Of a DNA stretch of 64,000 nt, positions 55,811-64,000 are shown one piece after another. Numbering within the stretch: the stretch's first letter is position 1; each line of letters opens with the position of its first letter. The DNA comes from Clostridia bacterium (lineage in GTDB: Bacteria; Bacillota; Clostridia; Oscillospirales; CAG-272): NCBI GenBank assembly GCA_017631325.1, contig JAGBTM010000006.1:23159-87158 (forward strand), written 5' to 3'. Below the pieces are notes generated by a model. That model searched no databases and was not told the origin of the DNA. It worked only from the letters and a program-made list of their open reading frames with translations. The position numbers and the translations under genes were made by a program.

Positions 55811-55961
55811 TAAAAGCAAACAATAATTTGCATTTTATCCCAAATTCGTTCTAAATTCAAATATAGTTTAAATCCAACAAACGTCTTTACGAGAATTTGG
55901 TTTAAAAGGATTTTGTCTGATTTTAGGACAAAAAATTAAACCGTTCAGAGTGAAAGAAAAA

Positions 55962-56897
55962 TCAATACAGATGCTCGTAGATGCCACCGGGCACGAACTC
56001 GCGGATTAAAGAGTTCTCGGGCACGAGTGAGACGTCGATATCCTCTATTTTCTTCAGGGCCTCCAGCACAACGTTGACGTAGGGGTCTTCTCTTAGCGCC
56101 CCATCTGCGAGCAGCTTGTTTGCAAACGGTTTCATTACGCCAAGCTCAAAGGCGTGGAAGGTATCAAAGGTCATATCAGCCAGCGGCTTGTAGGGATATA
56201 GGTAAACGTCCTCTGCCCGAAGCACGCCTTGCCACATTTCGAGCGTTCTTTTTGCATCTGCGCCTCTGTAAATGCTGTCGCGCACAAGACGGCGTACAAA
56301 CCTTATCTTTCTGCCTGAGAGTATTCGCTTTCCCTCAATACAGATGTTTGTCGAAACGCTTATGAAAATTTTCAGTATCTTATCCTTTGGAAGAGTGTCG
56401 TATATTTTGGGATTAAGAGCGTGCAGTCCCTCTATAATAACGCAGCCGTTTTCGAGAGGGGGATACTCGGTAAACGCTACTCTCTCTCCTGTTTTAAAGT
56501 CGTATTTGGGGACCGAGAATGGCTCGCCTTGTGCGATTTTCCCAAGGGTGTCGCGTATCATATCAATTTCGAGCGCCTCTGGACATTCATAATCGTGAGA
56601 GCCGTCGTCACATTTCGGATAATCGGGGGAGGAGTGCGTCTTGTAGAAGTCGTCAAGAGATATAACCGACGAAAAAACACCAAGCTCGCGTATAGCGTCG
56701 GATATAAGGTTTGCGCTCGTGGTTTTTCCGGAGCCTGACGGGCCTGCGAGAAGTATAACCCTTATCTTTCCGTTTTCGGTTATCTTTTGCGCTATCTCTC
56801 GGATTTTTGCATGGTAGGTTATTTCCTCGCGCCGTATCATTTCCGACGGGTATTTTCTTGAAAGCTTATTTATAAATAAAAGTTGCATCTCAGCCAT
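55962..56897 (-). CDS. Uridine-kinase/phosphoribulokinase-family P-loop nucleoside kinase
   Basis: A LLAGPSGSGKTT P-loop, then ISLDDFY and IIEGLHALNP, as in uridine-kinase-like proteins. Confidence 0.7.
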   Translation of the reverse strand: MAEMQLLFINKLSRKYPSEMIRREEITYHAKIREIAQKITENGKIRVILLAGPSGSGKTTSANLISDAIRELGVFSSVISLDDFYKTHSSPDYPKCDDGSHDYECPEALEIDMIRDTLGKIAQGEPFSVPKYDFKTGERVAFTEYPPLENGCVIIEGLHALNPKIYDTLPKDKILKIFISVSTNICIEGKRILSGRKIRFVRRLVRDSIYRGADAKRTLEMWQGVLRAEDVYLYPYKPLADMTFDTFHAFELGVMKPFANKLLADGALREDPYVNVVLEALKKIEDIDVSLVPENSLIREFVPGGIYEHLY

Positions 56898-56950
56898 ATT
56901 TTATCACCTCACTGTTCAGTAGTGCCTAATCGGTATATTACGCATATGAG

Positions 56951-57039
56951 ATTATATTGCCACAGTATCACGCTACAAATTGAATTGGGCGTAAAATTAT
57001 ATTGCCACAATATTGCTTCAAATTATAGTGAAGCATGAA
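56951..57039. repeat. Two ~45-bp tandem units sharing an 18-mer (ATTATATTGCCACArTAT), plus a degenerate third unit
   Basis: ATTATATTGCCACAGTAT at 56951-56968 and ATTATATTGCCACAATAT at 56996-57013. A partial ATTATATCAGCG follows at about 57040. Confidence 0.75.
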
Positions 57040-57139
57040 ATTATATCAGCGTGCTGTAATATTTTGAAGCTCTTTTTGATTTTGTCAATACCGTCTGCCC
57101 CGAAATCATTAAGACGCGAGGTGTCGGCGCGTGATGTTA

Positions 57140-57799
57140 TTAAAGCTCGAGAAGCTCTCCAAGGTCCTCAACCGACCTCAAGTAGTAATCGCAGTTGGCT
57201 CTCATAAATTCTTCAATTTCGGGCACGCGATACGCCCAACCTGCCGCCGCAAAATCGACGCCGGCGCCTCTAGCCATATCGTATCCCGGCTTGAGATCGT
57301 CAACGACGAGTATCTCTGATGGGGTGAGCGAAAAGCGCTCCATTAAATCATATATAGTCTTTGGAGAGGGCTTTCTCATATCCTTTGGAATATCCCAGCC
57401 GTATATTACGTCGGGTGTAGGGAGCGAGTTCTTCTCGTAGTCGCGTCTTATATATTCCGTGAGCGAGTGCGAGTCAACTGCGACTATACCGCCGTTTGCC
57501 TTGAATTTCTCTATAAGAGATGCCATTCCGTCGTAGGCCGCGGGTACGTGTCCCTTTACGAAATCCGACCAGAAGCGCTCCTCGTCGGCAAGCTCGTCCT
57601 CACTAAGTCCAACCTCGTCAACGAAAAGAGAAATAATACCCGGGTGAAAATTTTTGAGTATGTATTCTTCAAAGGTATACTTGTCCGCAAGATGCGGTCT
57701 GTGAATTTTTAAATACTCGACGAAGCTCGGGAAATGAATTGTTGCAGAGCTGTTTACAACGGTGTCGTCGTGGTCGAGCACAAGACATTTGTATTTCAT
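57140..57799 (-). CDS. HAD-family hydrolase
   Basis: An LVLDHDDTVVNS (DxDxT-type) motif and VVDDLKPGYDMA. Confidence 0.75.
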   Translation of the reverse strand: MKYKCLVLDHDDTVVNSSATIHFPSFVEYLKIHRPHLADKYTFEEYILKNFHPGIISLFVDEVGLSEDELADEERFWSDFVKGHVPAAYDGMASLIEKFKANGGIVAVDSHSLTEYIRRDYEKNSLPTPDVIYGWDIPKDMRKPSPKTIYDLMERFSLTPSEILVVDDLKPGYDMARGAGVDFAAAGWAYRVPEIEEFMRANCDYYLRSVEDLGELLEL

Positions 57800-57872
57800 A
57801 GAAAACCTCTTGAAGCTTGATAAAATAAGGTGGATTTAAATAAAGCGTCGATAGTGGAGGCGCTTGGGAGGA

Positions 57873-58763
57873 TCATTTATCCAAATTCATAAATGAAATC
57901 TTTGGCGAGTAGCTCGTCAAATCGGATCTGGTAACCGTCAGAGTGCGCGAGCGCATGAGCCTCTCCCACCCCTCACGGCTGCCGCCAAAGGATATTTGCA
58001 CAAGTGCGTCACAGCCCGAAAATACCTCACCGTCCTCAATTTCGACAAGGTCGCGAGGTAGGGCAATTCTCGAAAGAGAAGCGCAGTCCGCAAAGGCGTC
58101 AAAACCGATAGTGCGTGTGCCTATCGGAAGTATAATGCTCGCAAGAGACGTACAGCCCTTGAATGCTCTACGGCCTATTTTGACAAGTTTAGTTGGCAAA
58201 TCGACGTTTTTTAGCGAGCGACAGCCCTCAAATGTGGACTCGTCGATAAGTCCCATGTTGTTTGAAAGCTTTACACTCTCAAGACCGAAGCAACAGGAAA
58301 ATGCGCTAAATTCCACAAGAGCGCAGCTGTCGGGGACGGTAATGTGAGTGAGATTAAAGCAAAATGCAAAGGCCGAAGCTCCTATCATATAGACGGACTC
58401 GGAAAGACGCACCTTGCCAAGAGATGCGCACCCCTCAAAGCAGCCCTCACCTATTCTCGTTACGCTGTCGGGCATAATTATCTCGCATAGCGACGGACAG
58501 GAGGAAAAGGCCTCGTCGAGAATTTCAATTACGCCAAAGGGCATATTCACCCTGCTAAGAGATTTACAGCCTGCAAAGGCGCAGGCCGAAATCCTCTTTA
58601 GCGAGCGAGGGAGGGTGACGGATTTGAGATTTTCAAAATCTCTGAACGCGTTTTCAGCGATTTCCTCTATACCCTCGGGAATTATAATCTCGCTGTTTTC
58701 GGGAGTGTCGGAGTAGCTTCCGCGAAAGACTACTCTTAACTCTTCTTTTTCATTTTTAGCCAT
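57873..58763 (-). CDS. BspA-type leucine-rich-repeat protein without signal peptide
   Basis: Repeated I.E.AF..C.SL..V.LP/I units fill nearly all 296 aa. The N-terminus MAKNEKEELRVVF is hydrophilic. The start lies 2 nt after the valS stop. Confidence 0.8.
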   Translation of the reverse strand: MAKNEKEELRVVFRGSYSDTPENSEIIIPEGIEEIAENAFRDFENLKSVTLPRSLKRISACAFAGCKSLSRVNMPFGVIEILDEAFSSCPSLCEIIMPDSVTRIGEGCFEGCASLGKVRLSESVYMIGASAFAFCFNLTHITVPDSCALVEFSAFSCCFGLESVKLSNNMGLIDESTFEGCRSLKNVDLPTKLVKIGRRAFKGCTSLASIILPIGTRTIGFDAFADCASLSRIALPRDLVEIEDGEVFSGCDALVQISFGGSREGWERLMRSRTLTVTRSDLTSYSPKISFMNLDK

Positions 58764-58765
58764 AA

Positions 58766-61399
58766 TTAACTGAGCTTTTTAAGGCTCGCCTCGAGTGCCT
58801 CGCGCACCTCGAGATACTTCTTCAGCTTTGCGCGCTCGCCATCGATAACGGCTGCGGGAGCTTTGGAAACGAAGCCCTCGTTTGAAAGCTTCTTTTCAAT
58901 TCTCTCAATTTCAGCTTCATTCTTCTTCTTTTCTGCCCTGAGGCGCGCGATTTCCTTTTCAAAATCGATAACCTCGGAAAGAGGAATATACATAACTGCC
59001 GCATCGGTAGCGATAGAAACCGCGTCGTCCTTGTCGTAGCCCTCGGTGAGAATAAGCTCGGAGGCAGAGGCCAGCTTGAGAAGAATTTTCTCAGCGCGGA
59101 TAAAGGTGTCCTTGTATTTGGTCTGAACGTAGAGCTTTGCTTTCTTTGAGGGGGGGACGTTCATTTCAGCGCGTCTTGCTCTGATGGCGGTGATAGCGCC
59201 GATAATTCTCTCCACGTCCTCTTTTTCGGTCTTGTAGTTGAGGCTCTCGCTATATGTGGGATATGCCGATATCATAATCGACTCGTCGGTGTGGGGAAGA
59301 GCCTGATATATTTCCTCAGTGATAAAGGGCATATAGGGGTGAAGAAGCTTCAAGATGCCGGTGAGAACGTAAACTAAAGTGCGCTTTGCCGCAAGAGAAG
59401 ACTTACCCGTGTCGAAAATACGGCTCTTAGCCATCTCGATGTACCAGTCGCAGAACGTATCCCAGGTGAACGAGTAAATCTCTGCAAGAGCGACGCCTAT
59501 CTCGTAGCCCTCTATATTGTCGTTTACTGTTTTGGTAAGTGCGTTGAAGCGAGAGATAATCCACTTATCCTCAATAGCCATATCCTCCTCTGAGGGCAGG
59601 CCGAGAAGCTCCTCGTCCTCTTCCGAAAGGTTCATAAGAACAAATCTTGATGCGTTCCAGAGCTTGTTTGCAAAGTTTCTTGCCGACTCTATCTTCTCGT
59701 CGGAGAAGCGCATATCGTTTCCGGGAGCGTTGCCGGTAGCAAGAGCAAAGCGAAGCGCGTCTGCGCCGAACTGGTCGATTACTTTAAGGGGGTCAATGCC
59801 GTTGCCGAGCGACTTCGACATCTTCCTGCCCTGTGCGTCACGAACGAGGCCGTGGATAAATACAGTTGAGAATGGCTTTTCTCCCATGTGCTCCATAGCC
59901 GAGAAAATCATTCTTGCAACCCAGAAGAATATGATGTCGTATCCGGTTACGAGAACGCTTGTGGGATAGTATCTCTTAAGGTCCTCGGTCTTATCGGGCC
60001 AGCCGAGAGTAGAGAAGGGCCAGAGTGCCGACGAGAACCAGGTGTCAAGCACGTCCTCCTCCTGTCTAAGAGCTCCTCCGCACCTGGAGCAGACTGTGAT
60101 ATCCTCCTTGGATACCTCCATATTACCACACTTGTCGCAGTAGAATGCGGGAATTCTGTGGCCCCACCAAAGCTGACGCGAAATGCACCAGTCGTGGCAG
60201 TTTTCCATCCAATTTATATAGGTCTTTGAAAATCTTTCGGGCTCAAATTTAACCTCGCCGGATTTTACAACCTCGAGCGCAGGCTTTGCAAGAGGCTCCA
60301 TCTTAACGAACCACTGGTCGCTCGTGAGAGGCTCAACCGTTGTCTTGCAGCGGTAGCATGTGCCGACGTTGTGAGAGCAGGGGTCGATTTTAACGAGATA
60401 GCCACCGTCCTCAAGGTCACGGACAAGCTCACGGCGTGCCTCGTATCTGTCCATTCCTGCATACTTTCCGCCGTACTCTGAAGAAATTGTCGCGTCGTCG
60501 TTCATGACCTTGATAATCTCAAGGCCGTGGCGCTTTCCTACCTCAAAGTCGTTGGGGTCGTGGGCGGGTGTAATCTTAACACAGCCGGTACCGAAGTCGC
60601 GCTCAACGTATTCGTCTGCAATAACGGGTATCTCGCGGTTTACGATGGGGAGGATGAGCGTCTTGCCTACAAGGTGAGCGTATCTGTCGTCCTCGGGGTG
60701 TACTGCAACCGCGGTATCACCGAGCATAGTCTCAGGACGCGTAGTAGCGATGGTTACAAATTCGTCAGAGTCTTTGACGGGATATCTTATATGCCAGAAC
60801 GAGCCGGGCTGCTCGGTGTATTCAACCTCAGCGTCCGAGAGCGCGGTAAGGCAACGGGGACACCAGTTGATTATTCTGTATCCGCGGTAGATAAGGCCCT
60901 TGTTATAGAGGTTTACGAACACCTCGCGCACAGCCTTTGAGCAGCCCTCGTCCATAGTGAAGCGCTCGCGCGACCAGTCACACGAGGAGCCGAGCTTCTT
61001 AAGCTGGTTTATAATTCTCGAGCCGTACTGATTTTTCCAGTCCCAGACTCTATCAAGGAACTTCTCACGGCCGAGGTCGTATCTTGTGAGACCCTCGTTT
61101 ACTCTGAGAGCCTCCTCAACCTTTATCTGCGTGGCAATACCTGCGTGGTCGGTACCCGGTACCCAAAGGGTGGAGTAGCCCTGCATGCGCTTGGTTCGTA
61201 CGAGTATATCCTGGAGAGTTTCGTCAAGGGCATGTCCCATGTGGAGCTGACCCGTAACGTTTGGCGGGGGAATTACGATAGAAAAAGCAGGCTTTTTCTC
61301 GTCCTTGTCGGGTGCGAAGTATCCCTTCTCGCACCAGTTCTGATAAATTCTGTCCTCAAATTCGCGAGGAGCGTAGTTTTTTGCAAGCTCTTTTCTCAT
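58766..61399 (-). CDS. valS: Valine--tRNA ligase
   Basis: [15 protein letters not shown] (HIGH), KMSKSLGN (KMSKS) and a C-terminal coiled coil; 877 aa. AAAGGAAG lies upstream of the ATG. Confidence 0.95.
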   Translation of the reverse strand: MRKELAKNYAPREFEDRIYQNWCEKGYFAPDKDEKKPAFSIVIPPPNVTGQLHMGHALDETLQDILVRTKRMQGYSTLWVPGTDHAGIATQIKVEEALRVNEGLTRYDLGREKFLDRVWDWKNQYGSRIINQLKKLGSSCDWSRERFTMDEGCSKAVREVFVNLYNKGLIYRGYRIINWCPRCLTALSDAEVEYTEQPGSFWHIRYPVKDSDEFVTIATTRPETMLGDTAVAVHPEDDRYAHLVGKTLILPIVNREIPVIADEYVERDFGTGCVKITPAHDPNDFEVGKRHGLEIIKVMNDDATISSEYGGKYAGMDRYEARRELVRDLEDGGYLVKIDPCSHNVGTCYRCKTTVEPLTSDQWFVKMEPLAKPALEVVKSGEVKFEPERFSKTYINWMENCHDWCISRQLWWGHRIPAFYCDKCGNMEVSKEDITVCSRCGGALRQEEDVLDTWFSSALWPFSTLGWPDKTEDLKRYYPTSVLVTGYDIIFFWVARMIFSAMEHMGEKPFSTVFIHGLVRDAQGRKMSKSLGNGIDPLKVIDQFGADALRFALATGNAPGNDMRFSDEKIESARNFANKLWNASRFVLMNLSEEDEELLGLPSEEDMAIEDKWIISRFNALTKTVNDNIEGYEIGVALAEIYSFTWDTFCDWYIEMAKSRIFDTGKSSLAAKRTLVYVLTGILKLLHPYMPFITEEIYQALPHTDESIMISAYPTYSESLNYKTEKEDVERIIGAITAIRARRAEMNVPPSKKAKLYVQTKYKDTFIRAEKILLKLASASELILTEGYDKDDAVSIATDAAVMYIPLSEVIDFEKEIARLRAEKKKNEAEIERIEKKLSNEGFVSKAPAAVIDGERAKLKKYLEVREALEASLKKLS

Positions 61400-61496
61400 T
61401 TTGAAGCTTCCTTTCGGTGAGTATATCTTAATTTAATTTTGTTCTAAAATGTTTGCCTTGAAACAGACTTGTATTTTTCGTCTCAGTCCAGCTTTT

Positions 61497-61591
61497 GATT
61501 TTGCTTTGGTTTAACTTTGGATTTTGCTTTTGTTTAACCTTGAATTTTTACTTTGGTTTAACTTTGAATTCTTGCTTTGGAAACGAATTTG
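61497..61591. repeat. Four to five 23-24-nt tandem repeats in the valS 5' untranslated region
   Basis: Plus-strand units read gattttgctttggtttaactttg / gattttgcttttgtttaaccttg / aatttttactttggtttaactttg / aattcttgctttggaaacgaatttg. On the mRNA the unit is CAAAGUUAAACCAAAGCAAAAUC. Confidence 0.85.
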
Positions 61592-61680
61592 TTTTTTGAT
61601 TTTAACTTTAAACCTTTAGATAATTTTGGGTTTTTCTCTGTTTTTCTGAACGCTCAAAAACGTTTTTGCCCTGAAAATAA

Positions 61681-61927
61681 AAAAATCCCAAAGCAGAAAA
61701 AACTGCCTTGGGGCGAAAAAATCGCGGTACCACCCAAATTCGGAGAAAACTCCCTCAGAGACGGCAAAGCCGTCAGGGCAGATAACGGTGCCGACCGTCG
61801 AGTTCTAATAGGCAGATGCCCCTCTTCCCGAATACTGCGGGGCGACCTTCACACAGCGCTCATAGGGCTTGCACCAACCGCCCTCTCTCTACACGAGCCA
61901 CACGAGTTACTCCTCCCCGAGAAATAC
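61681..61927 (-). promoter_or_regulatory. T-box riboswitch leader, valine specifier (GUC), with intrinsic terminator
   Basis: Minus-strand elements: AGUA, AGAGAGAGGG (AG bay), a GGUGCAA distal loop, and specifier context GAAG-GUC-G closing onto CCCCG/CGGGG. The T-box sequence is AATTTGGGTGGTACCGCG (61740-61723). The terminator is CCCAAGGCAG-TTTTTT-CTGCTTTGGG (61712-61687) plus a U-run. Confidence 0.85.
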
Positions 61928-61933
61928 CTATAT

Positions 61934-61962
61934 ATTTTAACACAAATTTTTCTTTTTGTCAA
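61934..61962 (-). promoter_or_regulatory. SigA promoter for the T-box/valS transcript (TTGACA-17-TAAAAT on the minus strand)
   Basis: Plus-strand tgtcaa at 61957-61962 and atttta at 61934-61939, with a 17-nt spacer. Confidence 0.6.
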
Positions 61963-62010
61963 CTATATTTATTTTTATATTTTGCGTGGCTTAATTTTGC
62001 GCTTTTTGTG

Positions 62011-62039
62011 TTGACAAAAAACGTGAGTTGGTATATAAT
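62011..62039 (+). promoter_or_regulatory. Perfect consensus SigA promoter (TTGACA-17-TATAAT) for the CapA-family gene
   Basis: TTGACA at 62011-62016 and TATAAT at 62034-62039, with a 17-nt spacer. Confidence 0.65.
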
Positions 62040-62092
62040 TGTCTTACTAACGACTAAATCCGTATGTGTTATACGGCAGGAAAGAGGAAAAC

Positions 62093-63184
62093 ATGAGAAT
62101 ACTTATAGGAGCAGACCTTGTACCAACGGCAAAAAACGAGCATCTTTTTATAAAGGGGGACGCAAAGGCGCTTTTTGGTGACGTAGTCAAGCTCAGAGAG
62201 GGCGCTGACAGATTTATAGTCAACCTTGAATGCGCACTAACCGACAGCGACCACGCAATAAAAAAATTCGGCCCTAATCTTAAAGCAGCTCCCGCTACTG
62301 TAAACGGGCTTCGCGCCATCGGTGTAACCGACGTGCTTCTCAGTAACAACCACACACTCGACTTCGGAGTTGAGGGTATGATAGACACTATGAAGGCTCT
62401 TGATGATGCTGCAATTCCTTACACGGGTGTGGGCAAAAACGACACCGACTCAAGAAAACCCTACTTCATAGAGGGCAACGGCAAGAGAATAGGCATAATC
62501 AACGTGTGCGAGCACGAGTACACCTACGCTATCCCGAACAGAATGGGCGCAAACCCCTTTGACCCCTTCCTCACAATGCAGGATATACGCTCTGCAAAGG
62601 AGCAGTGCGATTTCCTTATCGCTATCTACCACGGTGGTAAGGAGTATTGCAAATACCCCTCGCCCCGTATCTATAACCTCACGCACGAGATGGTATACTG
62701 CGGCGCAGACGTGGTTATCACTCAGCATAGCCACTGTATCGGCTGCTACGAGCAGTTCGAGGGTGCGCATATCGTACACGGACAGGGCAACTTCAATTTC
62801 GTTTATCCCGATGCTCCAAATCAGGACGAGGGCTGGTTCACCTCGCTCCTTATCGAGCTTGATATCGACAAGGATATTGACATCAAGTTCTATCCCCTCG
62901 TTGCAACCGAGAACGGCTGTGACATCGCAAGAGGCGAGAAGGCTAAGGAAATTATGGGCGGCTTCCTTGACAGATGCCGTGAGCTTTCCGACGGACGCTG
63001 GCTCGATGGCTGGCGTGAGTTCTGCCACGCGCCTGCACGTGAGTACTATCACGAGAGAATACGTGGAAAGAACGAGACCGAGATAGAGATACAGAACTTC
63101 GCTCACTACCTCGACTGCGAAGCGCACACTGACGTATGGCGCGAGCTTTACCCCACCTGGAATATGACAAATGACGTGGAATAA
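62093..63184 (+). CDS. CapA-family (PGA_cap metallophosphatase-like) protein
   Basis: MRILIGADLVPT, NLECALT, LSNNHTLDFG and IAIYHGGKEY motifs. ATG 62093 follows AAGAGGAAAA. Confidence 0.75.
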   Translation: MRILIGADLVPTAKNEHLFIKGDAKALFGDVVKLREGADRFIVNLECALTDSDHAIKKFGPNLKAAPATVNGLRAIGVTDVLLSNNHTLDFGVEGMIDTMKALDDAAIPYTGVGKNDTDSRKPYFIEGNGKRIGIINVCEHEYTYAIPNRMGANPFDPFLTMQDIRSAKEQCDFLIAIYHGGKEYCKYPSPRIYNLTHEMVYCGADVVITQHSHCIGCYEQFEGAHIVHGQGNFNFVYPDAPNQDEGWFTSLLIELDIDKDIDIKFYPLVATENGCDIARGEKAKEIMGGFLDRCRELSDGRWLDGWREFCHAPAREYYHERIRGKNETEIEIQNFAHYLDCEAHTDVWRELYPTWNMTNDVE

Positions 63185-63246
63185 GCTTTTGGTTTAAAGT
63201 ATATCTTCTCTAAATCGTTTCGTAAAAATATGCTCTAAATAATCAA

Positions 63247-63293
63247 AAACACACCAATTTGCAAATAATAAGTTGCATTTTGGTGTGTTTTTT
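63247..63293. terminator. Bidirectional terminator
   Basis: AAACACACCAA pairs with TTGGTGTGTTT (11 bp, plus an inner TGCA/TGCA extension). It is flanked by A- and T-runs. Confidence 0.75.
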
Positions 63294-63363
63294 GCCATTT
63301 TTCCTTAAAATCTCAAATAAAATCTAGATAAGATTTAGAACAAGTCTTGATATTGGGTGCTAA

Positions 63364-64000
63364 TTATTTGTGAACGAGAACTAAGCGTCCGCCATCAAGC
63401 CTTGACTCCTCGGCCGCAATTCCCATAAGGTGACTTTCAATTGAGGCCTCAAGAGATGTTCCTGCAGGCGCACGTCCCTCGAGCATCTCATAAAGAGACG
63501 AAATAAGACCCGTGTCTCCGCCGCCATGGTCGTGACCGCCCTCCTTGGGCTTTGCAAGAGAGTGACGGACCGTCTCGCCGCCGAATTTTCTGAGGGTGAC
63601 GTACTCGTCGTCAAGGTCGATAACGCCCCCCGTTCCGAAGTACGTAGAATGTCTGCCGTAGCCTGTGACGAATGCCGTCATAGTAAGTGAGGCCTTGACA
63701 CCGTTCTCAAAGGTCATCTGCACCATCTGGTGATCAACAGCGTTGTTGTCGCAATGGAAAACGCATCTTCCGTACGGACCCTCCTCGATCGCCTCGCGCA
63801 GCTTCTTCTCGGTAAGGGGGGCCTCTGCCGCAACGTTGTAGGGCCAGTAGTCCTCAGGGCAGTCAAGCTTGAACCAGTTGTCAAGATAAAGAACCTTTGC
63901 GCTGTACGCGCAGGTGTCAGAGTATTTACATTCGGTGCATCTTTTTGCCGCGCCCTCCGGAGCGTTTTGCTCGTTGAAGAATGTCAGGTCTCCAACGCTG
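63364..64000 (-). CDS. Gfo/Idh/MocA-family oxidoreductase, C-terminal part (5' end beyond right edge)
   Basis: The hand-translated frame stays open from base 64000: ...CTECKYSDTCAYSAKVLYLD...CPEDYW...YGRCVFHCDNNAVDHQMVQMTFENGVKASLTMTAF... The ORF track shows only the M-initiated tail, 63364-63726. Confidence 0.7.
   Translation of the reverse strand, partial: SVGDLTFFNEQNAPEGAAKRCTECKYSDTCAYSAKVLYLDNWFKLDCPEDYWPYNVAAEAPLTEKKLREAIEEGPYGRCVFHCDNNAVDHQMVQMTFENGVKASLTMTAFVTGYGRHSTYFGTGGVIDLDDEYVTLRKFGGETVRHSLAKPKEGGHDHGGGDTGLISSLYEMLEGRAPAGTSLEASIESHLMGIAAEESRLDGGRLVLVHK

Noticed and set aside
61577-62181. Plus-strand ORFs 61577-62014 and 61816-62181
   Set aside because: They overlap the minus-strand T-box leader and two promoters. 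The T-box elements explain the sequence conservation better.
62450-63127. 225-aa minus-strand ORF and the 175-aa plus-strand ORF at 62559-63086
   Set aside because: Both overlap the CapA-family gene, whose frame carries the family motifs. They are alternative-frame artefacts.
1-64000. rRNA or tRNA genes, transposases, integrases, prophage or defence-island genes
   Set aside because: I scanned the ORF translations and intergenic regions. No tRNA-like T-arm or acceptor patterns, rRNA segments, DDE or tyrosine-recombinase motifs, or known defence-gene motifs were seen.

Overview
64-kb chromosomal segment that looks like a Gram-positive, Clostridia-type (Bacillota) genome. This is inferred from gene content: sepF-yggT-yggS, ylmH, mini-RNase III, a T-box leader, LxxC lipoboxes and a split MetH. 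It is densely coding and mostly housekeeping. Translation genes: valS, hisS, lysS, prfB, greA, ABC-F, rsmE, rsmF-like, prmA, rluD, trmK. C1/methionine metabolism: metF, a MetH activation-domain gene, and the metH core. Nitrogen: type III glutamine synthetase. Division: sepF and ylmH. Also ribF, lspA and a YgiQ radical-SAM protein. Accessory-looking parts are two large lipoproteins (a BspA-type LRR protein and an internally duplicated S41 peptidase) that share a Cys-rich module, an amino-acid ABC importer, and an AraC + three oxidoreductases + GH127-like cluster. I saw no rRNA, tRNA, CRISPR array, transposase, integrase or phage genes. Observations most worth a second look, in order: (1) a PcrA/UvrD helicase ORF with a ~310-aa AT-rich, compositionally foreign N-terminal module that reads like a CoiA-type Zn-ribbon/nuclease domain, preceded by a cluster of DnaA-box-like 9-mers; (2) an ABC substrate-binding lipoprotein whose two lobes are in swapped (circularly permuted) order, behind a consensus promoter abutted by tandem ARG (ArgR/AhrC) boxes; (3) the tandem-duplicated S41 peptidase and the Cys-rich module shared with the LRR lipoprotein; (4) a Val-specific T-box separated from valS by an unusually long ~275-nt spacer made of 23-24-nt tandem repeats, one of many intergenic spacers here with locally duplicated words. 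All functional calls come from motifs read by eye. No database search was possible.
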